From contig OZ244799.1 of NCBI GenBank assembly GCA_965219955.1, positions 3,872,001 through 3,936,000 on the forward strand: a DNA stretch of 64,000 nt, written 5' to 3'. The translations under genes were made by a program, and so were the position numbers. Shown here one piece after another: positions 57,713-64,000 of the stretch. Below the pieces are notes generated by a model. It was not told where the DNA came from. It worked only from the letters and a program-made list of their open reading frames with translations, and ran no database searches. Origin of the DNA: a bacterium. GTDB taxonomy: Bacteria > UBA8248. The first letter of the stretch is position 1. Each line of letters begins with the position of its first letter.

Positions 57713-58747
57713 TCAGTCCATCACGATCGCCGCGCGGCCCGTAATCGCGCCCGCCTCCAGGCGTTCGTGCACCTTTTCGGCCTCTTCGAGTTTGTAGGTT
57801 TCCGTGACCAGGGGCCAGACCTCTCCGCGCGCGCAAAGCTCGAGAGATTCGATGATCTCCTGCCTGGTGAACGAGCGGCTGCCCATGACCTCCAGTTCCC
57901 CGTTCAGGAGGCTCCCGGCGGAAAGGCGAAACGGCTTGGGCGTGAAGCCGCCGAGCGTCACCAGACGACCTCCCTTGTCGAGCGCTTCGGCGGCGGCTTC
58001 GAGCGTGGTGTCCTGGGAGACGAAATCAATCGCCACGTTCACGCCCAGGCCGCCCGTGAGTTCGAGCAGCGCCTCCCTCACGTCGTCCTTCGAGGCGTCG
58101 ACGGTGGCCTCCGCCCCGAGTTCCTTGCACTGGGCCAGTTTTTGCTCGGAAACGTCCACGGCGATGACGCGCGCATTCGCCCAGCGGGCGAGCATGACCA
58201 TGTGGATGCCCACGCCGCCGCCCGCCCCGATGACGGCGACGGTCTCCATCGGCTCTATGCGAGCGCGGCGCACGACCTTGTAGGGGGTGACGATGGCGTC
58301 GCAGATGACGGCCACCTCGGCGGGATGGGCTTTGTAGTCCAGACTCTCCGGCACGTGAACGTAATTCCGCGCGGGGAGGTTGATGTATTCCGCATAGCCG
58401 CCATCGCAATGCCTGCCCACGAAGCCGGCCATGTTGTCGCATATGGGTTCGCGGTTCACCCGGCACCAGCGGCAGTGGCCGCACGTCAGGTAGCAGTGGA
58501 AAGTGACGATGTCGCCCGCCTTCACGTTCGAGACTCCGCCGCCCGTCTCGACGATCTCGCCCACCACCTCGTGGCCGATGATCATGGGATAGTCGATCTC
58601 CACGCGGCCCGCGCGCGCATGGTGGATCGTGAGGCCCGAGCCGCAGGCGATGACGCGCGCTACGGCTTCGCCCTCTCCGGGCGCGGGGTCGGGCACGTCT
58701 TCGTATGAAAAGGGCGCTCCTTTTTCCCTCAACACCATGGCCTTCAT
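57713..58747 (-). CDS. Zinc-binding MDR alcohol dehydrogenase
   Basis: Motifs GHE, CGHCRWC..C (structural Zn) and GAGGGVG. Confidence 0.92.
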   Translation of the reverse strand: MKAMVLREKGAPFSYEDVPDPAPGEGEAVARVIACGSGLTIHHARAGRVEIDYPMIIGHEVVGEIVETGGGVSNVKAGDIVTFHCYLTCGHCRWCRVNREPICDNMAGFVGRHCDGGYAEYINLPARNYVHVPESLDYKAHPAEVAVICDAIVTPYKVVRRARIEPMETVAVIGAGGGVGIHMVMLARWANARVIAVDVSEQKLAQCKELGAEATVDASKDDVREALLELTGGLGVNVAIDFVSQDTTLEAAAEALDKGGRLVTLGGFTPKPFRLSAGSLLNGELEVMGSRSFTRQEIIESLELCARGEVWPLVTETYKLEEAEKVHERLEAGAITGRAAIVMD

Positions 58748-58969
58748 GAGAGCCTCCTTCCGAGAGAATCTCCTCGCGCGATGCAGAAACGCGAACATGT
58801 GTGATTGATGGCGGATAATATATCGGGATCCTCGGCAAAAGACTATAGCGAAGGAACGGGAATGACGAAGGTATAGAAACAGGTGGAAACTCGCTATATA
58901 CTCCGTACGTTCTTTGCCGCCTGATCGACATTGCGTGAAAGCCTGGGTTCGTTCGGCTCTCGGAAAGGG

Positions 58970-60370
58970 ATGGAAGTGAAGCCCTCGGGAACCTTCTGTG
59001 CGAGCTTTCTCATCATCGCCTTGCTGTATGGCTGCGGCGGCGGGGGAAGCGGCACTCCTGCTGTGCCTCCCGCCCCGCCGGCGGTGATGCCGCCGGCTGT
59101 ATTGCAACCCTCCACCAAGGCGGCGCAAGCGCCTCTTTTCGATTTCGGCGGTTCCCTGCATATCGGGATGGTGGATGTGCCTCCATCCGCGCGGCTTCAA
59201 ACGACTGGCGAGCGCAATGGCGTGGAAATCTCGCAGGGGCCGGTGCGGGACGGCTCCGTCGCCGCCGACGTCATCGAGTATCTGCGGCCGAGAGCGATTC
59301 ATCCCGAAGTCACAGGACTCGCGACGTTCCCTGATCCGCCGACCGTCCATGTCGTAATGGGAACGAGCGAGAAATACACCGACTATGCGGTGCGCGCCGT
59401 TCAGATCATCAACACCGCCTTGCCTCGTGATGCGCGCCTTTCGTTTGGTGATGCTCCCGCTCCGGATCCGGCGGACGTCGAAGACGTGCCGCGCGGCAGC
59501 ATCTATATCGAATTCATCCCGCAAGCGCAGTGGCCGGGGGAGGCTGATTTGGGTCGGAGTGCGGTTGGCCATACGCAATCCCGAATCATTTACACTCCCC
59601 GTGCGCAACGGAACGAAGTCGTGGAAGCCGGCTCTTCTCATATATTGATCGACAGCAGGGAAGTTCAAAATTTCCCTGAAGAAAAAACCGTCTACGTCAT
59701 CGTTCACGAACTGCTCCACGCCCTGGGTTTCTCCAGCCATACCGATCCGGGGCGCTTCCCGGATGCCACCTTGAACCCAGAAATCCCGCAGAACTTACCC
59801 CCGTTTCTTCTTTCCAAGATAGACCGCGATGCGCTGCTCGCGGCGTATGACAGATTCCGGCCCGGCGCCCTGCCGGAAGAGATATCGGCGGAGAATCTCG
59901 GTCCCTGGGATGAGACGTCGCTACATGGTCGGGGTGATCTGGGAATTCCGGGCGGGGAGGTTTCCTTCGGCGCCGCTTTCAGGAACGGCCTGGCGCAGCC
60001 TTGGGCCTCGGGGCCGGAGCCGCCGATGGATCTGGCGCAAAACCCGGAATTATCGGGAACCGCCACCTGGAGCGGCGCGCTGCTGGGCATTACGCCTTCA
60101 GGGCAGGTGGTCGCCGGCGATGCCGGCCTTGCCGTCGATCTGGCGGACCTGGATGGGCAACTCGACTTCACCAATCTGGAGTACGACGGCGGCGCGATGT
60201 GGGGAGACGGCGACCTCGGCTACTCGGTCGAGGTGCGCGGCAACGTCTTCACTCGATCGAGTGGTGATGCCGGGGAGGTCACGGGCGCTTTCTTCGGAAC
60301 CCGGCACGAGGGGATGGGCGGCGTTCTCGAGCGCAGTGATCTCTCCGCTGGTTTCGGCGGGAAGCGGTAG
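58970..60370 (+). CDS. Predicted lipoprotein with a zincin HExxH motif and a TbpB-like C-terminal beta-barrel
   Basis: Lipobox LYG-C then GGGGS and a Pro-rich linker; HELLHALGFSSH; barrel-like ATWSGALLG...VTGAFFG..HEGMGG...AGFGGKR. Confidence 0.75.
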   Translation: MEVKPSGTFCASFLIIALLYGCGGGGSGTPAVPPAPPAVMPPAVLQPSTKAAQAPLFDFGGSLHIGMVDVPPSARLQTTGERNGVEISQGPVRDGSVAADVIEYLRPRAIHPEVTGLATFPDPPTVHVVMGTSEKYTDYAVRAVQIINTALPRDARLSFGDAPAPDPADVEDVPRGSIYIEFIPQAQWPGEADLGRSAVGHTQSRIIYTPRAQRNEVVEAGSSHILIDSREVQNFPEEKTVYVIVHELLHALGFSSHTDPGRFPDATLNPEIPQNLPPFLLSKIDRDALLAAYDRFRPGALPEEISAENLGPWDETSLHGRGDLGIPGGEVSFGAAFRNGLAQPWASGPEPPMDLAQNPELSGTATWSGALLGITPSGQVVAGDAGLAVDLADLDGQLDFTNLEYDGGAMWGDGDLGYSVEVRGNVFTRSSGDAGEVTGAFFGTRHEGMGGVLERSDLSAGFGGKR

Positions 60371-60486
60371 CCCTTCGACACAAACGCCGTTTCTGATTCA
60401 TCCTGCGTGAAAGCGGAGTGTCTTGGTTGGGTCTCCCTCTTGAGGGTCATTGGCAACCCCCTTGAAAGGCGAATCTCATAAAGGCA

Positions 60487-60580
60487 ACCCCCCCTACCCC
60501 CCCTTGTCAGGGGGGCAAGAAAAAACCAAAACCCCTCAGCCCGGCGGGGGCGCATCGCCTTTATACCCCCCTGACAAGGG
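60487..60580. repeat. CCCCCTTGTCAGGGGG hairpin repeat pair (family C)
   Basis: CCCCCCTACCCCCCCTTGTCAGGGGGG ... CCCCCCTGACAAGGG; a related hairpin lies near 6165-6180. Confidence 0.6.
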
Positions 60581-60921
60581 GTTGTTGAAAAAGTCTTGGT
60601 TTCGTGATTCGGGTTATGTAGCTGACCATCAAGGGATGAAACTTTATCCTCCCTTGTAGAGCGCCAATCAACCACTCCCCCCTTGAGGGGGAGTCGATGA
60701 GCTAAGGGCGTAAGCCCGCAAGCGAATCGGTGGGGGGATAATTCGGATGGCGATAAAACGCATTTTACCCCCCACCGAGTCAGCCTTCGCACAAAACGCT
60801 CGGCTTCCTCGTCTGGCTTTCCCCTCGGGAAGCCAGACCCTCAAGGGGGGAGTGATTTTTCTCTCTCGTCGGTCGGTTACATACGACAAATCCAGAGTTT
60901 CAGGGGTTTTTCAACAATCCT
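60578..60921. mobile_element. Family B TIR element containing a family A copy
   Basis: Ends GGGGTTGTTGAAAAAGT and GGTTTTTCAACAATCCT. No matching target duplication. Confidence 0.6.
60672..60855. repeat. Family A hairpin-ended element
   Basis: CCACTCCCCCCTTGAGGGGGAGT...CCCTCAAGGGGGGAGTGA. Confidence 0.9.
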
Positions 60922-61837
60922 CGATAGCGGCGAGGGATTTCGCCGCCCAGTCGCAGCCCACCTGGCTCGCCCACAAGTCCATGAGGCGTTTGGTGACGGG
61001 ACCGGGAGCGCCGTGCGTCATCGGGGTTCCGTCGATGGAGGATACCGGGAGGATGCAGATGCTGTTCCCGGTGTGGAAGGCCTCGTCCGCAATCAGCAGG
61101 TCGTAGCGCGTCAAGTTGGTTTCGCGAACCGGGATGCCGAGTTCTTTCGCCATATCGATGACGTGGGTGCGCGTGACGCCGACCAGACAGTTGTAATCCG
61201 TAGGGGTGAGGATTTCGCCGTCTCTCACGAAAAAGCAGTTGTAGCTCGACCCCTCGGCCACGAAGCCGTTGATGTCGAGCATGATGGGCCAGGCGCCCGC
61301 CTCGGCGGCCTGGAAGTCGGCCTGCACGTGGTTCATCTTGTTGCCGACCTTGGCGCGCGGCTCGATGCACTCGGGTGGAATGCGGCGCACGCCGGTGACG
61401 ACCGAGGGTACGCCCTCTCTGTAGCCGTGGGCGTAGCGCGTATAGTCCATCGGCAGGGTGAAGATGACCACCGTGTGCGCCCCGTGGGTGTGGGTGGCTG
61501 CGGAACTGACGCCGCCGCCGCGCGTCACCCAGTGGTTGATGCGGAATTCCTCCCCCTCGGCGTAAACGCCCCGGTTCCGCTCGATGAGGTCCATCGTGAG
61601 GGCTTCCATCTCGTCCGCGTCCATGCCGGGGTCGAGTCGCGCGTAGCGGCACGAAAGATAGAGCCTGTCGATGTGCCCCCTCAGGTGCCATGGCTTGCCG
61701 CCGAAGGTGCGCGATGCGTCGTACACGCCGTCGCCGTAGAGGAAGCCGCGATCCAGAATGGACACGGTCGCTTCCGATTCCGGCACGAACCGGCCCTTGA
61801 CGTAGGCGATTCTCTCACTCAATTCCACATCCTCCAT
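60911..61837 (-). CDS. Class IV PLP aminotransferase (BCAT/DAAT-like)
   Basis: Motifs DRGFLYGDG, H.DRL..S, AK (PLP Lys), EG...N.F, L.GVTR and ADEAF. Confidence 0.92.
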   Translation of the reverse strand: MEDVELSERIAYVKGRFVPESEATVSILDRGFLYGDGVYDASRTFGGKPWHLRGHIDRLYLSCRYARLDPGMDADEMEALTMDLIERNRGVYAEGEEFRINHWVTRGGGVSSAATHTHGAHTVVIFTLPMDYTRYAHGYREGVPSVVTGVRRIPPECIEPRAKVGNKMNHVQADFQAAEAGAWPIMLDINGFVAEGSSYNCFFVRDGEILTPTDYNCLVGVTRTHVIDMAKELGIPVRETNLTRYDLLIADEAFHTGNSICILPVSSIDGTPMTHGAPGPVTKRLMDLWASQVGCDWAAKSLAAIEDC

Positions 61838-61869
61838 ATATTCGCGTAATCGTCTCGCTCACGAGTCAT

Positions 61870-63009
61870 CTATAGCAGGCCCATCGCGGCGGAGCGCGCG
61901 GCATGGCTCATGCCAAACCCGTGGGAAAAAGCCACGAGGTCGCGCGTCAGCCGCTCCATCGGCGCTTCGGTCATATAGCCGGCGCCACCCCACACCTCCA
62001 TCGAACGCCGCGCGACACGCTCGCAAGATTCCGTAGCGAAGGCTTTTGCGAGAAAACTCCGCCAGGGTTCCGCGTTCCCGCCTCGTTCCGCCGCCCAGGC
62101 CGCCGCCTGGAGGCTTCTTCGGGCGGCATCGAGTTCCATAAGGTTATCACAAAGCATGTAGCCCACCGTCTGGTGCTCGATGATGGGTTTCCCCCCCTGC
62201 ACCCGCTCGCGCGCGTGGTCGAGCGCGTGCTCATGCGATTTTCTCGACGTTCCGACCGCAGCCGCCGCCGGGAGGATGCGGGTGGCGTGCGTAGCGTTCC
62301 TCCACTCCTCTTCCGCGCAATCGAGCGGGTGGTCGAGCGGCACGTCGTCGAAGCGCAGATCGACGTCCTGGGAGGCGCGCATCCCCATCAAATCATGGTA
62401 ATGGGCGACTTCGATCCCTCCTCCCTCGCGGTTTTCCAGGAGAAAAACCCGCAGCCCGCTTTCATCCGTGGGACTTGATTCCAGCAGATACATACCCGCG
62501 GCCGCGCCGTTCAGCACGTGTCTTGCGCTGCCGTCGAGACGCAGGACGTCGCCGTTTTTTTCGATGGATGCACCTTGGGGCGCGTCCGACGCATAGGGCA
62601 TTTTGTCTTCGGGGGGAGGCGTCTCGCTGATTTTCACGTGAGCCAGATGGGGCGGGTGATCTTGCGTGAAATTCGCCGCGAATGCCGACTCGTCCCACAA
62701 ACGGGATACGGCGTTTATGAGCGCCCAATCCTGCGCGTAGATGACGCCGACGCCCAAATCTCCCCAGCCGAGCTCTTCCGCCACGAAGCAGAGGCCGAGC
62801 AGATCGGCGCCCCCTCCGCCCTGGGTTTCCGGGACGGGGAGGGTGCGCAGGCCCAGTGCGTCGCCTTTTTCCAGAATATCGGCGGGAAAGCGGTTTTCCG
62901 GATTTTTTTCCTGATCGAGCGCATCCGTGCGCGGAGCGATCTCCTGACGCGAGAAACCGCGCGCCAAACCTTGAAGCGCGATAATAGCTTCTGAGGGAGC
63001 GAAATCCAT
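61870..63009 (-). CDS. Divergent acyl-CoA dehydrogenase family protein
   Basis: Motifs EELGWGDLG, R.QGGKPIIEHQ and WGG.GYMTEAPME; the N-terminal TEP motif is degraded. Confidence 0.85.
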   Translation of the reverse strand: MDFAPSEAIIALQGLARGFSRQEIAPRTDALDQEKNPENRFPADILEKGDALGLRTLPVPETQGGGGADLLGLCFVAEELGWGDLGVGVIYAQDWALINAVSRLWDESAFAANFTQDHPPHLAHVKISETPPPEDKMPYASDAPQGASIEKNGDVLRLDGSARHVLNGAAAGMYLLESSPTDESGLRVFLLENREGGGIEVAHYHDLMGMRASQDVDLRFDDVPLDHPLDCAEEEWRNATHATRILPAAAAVGTSRKSHEHALDHARERVQGGKPIIEHQTVGYMLCDNLMELDAARRSLQAAAWAAERGGNAEPWRSFLAKAFATESCERVARRSMEVWGGAGYMTEAPMERLTRDLVAFSHGFGMSHAARSAAMGLL

Positions 63010-63044
63010 GCGTCGAACCCTTGTGAACGCGGGAGCGGCCCGGG

Positions 63045-64000
63045 CTAGTCGATGAGGCCCACGCTCTTCAAGTCCGAGGTCAGCTCCGCTTTCTCGTCCG
63101 TGCTCAGGGGGATCATCGGCGCGCGCGAGGGGCCGCCGTGCATGCCCATCAGGTCCATCCAGTCCTTGAGCGCGGCGATGGGGAACGCGCCCCGCGCCCA
63201 GGGCTCCCACAGCCATTTGTCGGCCACGCGGCGAATCGGGTTCATGGACTCGCGCGCGGTCCAGGCTTCCTCGAGGTTCCCCTCGTCGATCAGGTCGGTG
63301 TATTTCTGCATGCACAGATTGCCGGTGCGCTGCAAGAGGAACGGGTCGGGGCCGCTCATGTAGGTCTGCTGCTTGTGATAGGCGCGGTTGAAGAACCACT
63401 GGGTCTCCATCGGGTCGCTCACGACGATGTCCTCGCCGACGGCTTCGCGCACCTCGTCGCAGTGATACTTGGGCTGCGCGTTCTTGATGCAGCAGAGGTT
63501 CTCGTTGTCGTCGACGATCTGGCGAACCAGCGTCGGCGAGAGGGAATAGCCCGCTCCCGCCGTGTTGAACAGGGACACGCCGATATCCACGTTGCTGCAG
63601 AATTCCTTGAAAAACGCGCGGACGCGCTCGGGAATACCCTGCGCGCCGAGGTAGGGGTTCGCGAGAATCGCGTAGGTCGCGCCCGCCTCAATCGCCGCGT
63701 TGGTGAGTTCGATGGCTTCCTTGGCCGAGGTGTGGCCGGTGTGCGCGATGATGGGCACTTCCCCCGCTTCGTCGCAGGCGATCGCTTGGCCGCGCAGGCG
63801 CTCTTCTTTCGTCAGGCACCAGAACTCGCCGATCATCCCGCCGACGAAAAACCCCTTGATGTCGAGGTCGTCGATGTAATGGCGGATGTCGGCCCGCAGG
63901 CCCGCCTCGTCGATGTTGTCGTTCTCATCGAAGGGGTAGGGGATGGCGGCCCAGATTCCCTGCATGTTCTCCCTGCAGTAGGCGCGTGAGTCCGATTTCT
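63045..64000 (-). CDS. DapA/NAL-family aldolase; start probably lies beyond the window edge
   Basis: Motifs GIWAA..PF, G..GEFW and CIKNA. The frame stays open upstream of 63965 (KSDSRAYCREN). Confidence 0.88.
   Translation of the reverse strand, partial: KSDSRAYCRENMQGIWAAIPYPFDENDNIDEAGLRADIRHYIDDLDIKGFFVGGMIGEFWCLTKEERLRGQAIACDEAGEVPIIAHTGHTSAKEAIELTNAAIEAGATYAILANPYLGAQGIPERVRAFFKEFCSNVDIGVSLFNTAGAGYSLSPTLVRQIVDDNENLCCIKNAQPKYHCDEVREAVGEDIVVSDPMETQWFFNRAYHKQQTYMSGPDPFLLQRTGNLCMQKYTDLIDEGNLEEAWTARESMNPIRRVADKWLWEPWARGAFPIAALKDWMDLMGMHGGPSRAPMIPLSTDEKAELTSDLKSVGLID

Noticed and set aside
57713-59740. 675-aa fusion ORF
   Set aside because: The real MDR gene starts at 58747 with an RBS; the extension is antisense to the lipoprotein gene.

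Overview
GC-rich bacterial chromosomal window with about 55 CDS. I found no rRNA, tRNA, CRISPR array or intact transposase. It is dominated by solute uptake and catabolism: two tripartite tricarboxylate (TTT) transporters, a Liv-type ABC system, an Fbp/Pot-type ABC system, a TAXI-TRAP system, a complete urea uptake plus urease operon (urtABCDE-ureABC-ureEFGD) and many orphan catabolic enzymes, several with non-canonical active-site motifs. The most notable features are: (1) a lower-GC two-gene ABC-ATPase (DUF3696-like) plus PIN nuclease module next to a decayed higB/intact higA pair, a candidate conflict/defence system; (2) intergenic hotspots built from several short repeat families nested inside each other (TIR elements with 5-bp target duplications, a hairpin-ended ~190-bp element, GTAG- and CGTC-type REPs); (3) a lipoprotein fusing a zincin-like protease motif to a TbpB-like barrel; (4) readable regulatory sites: a HAIR-like operator before hsp20, GlnR-box-like phased repeats before urtA and a duplicated promoter in the glycan-modification genes. 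All calls come from reading motifs by eye; no database searches were run.
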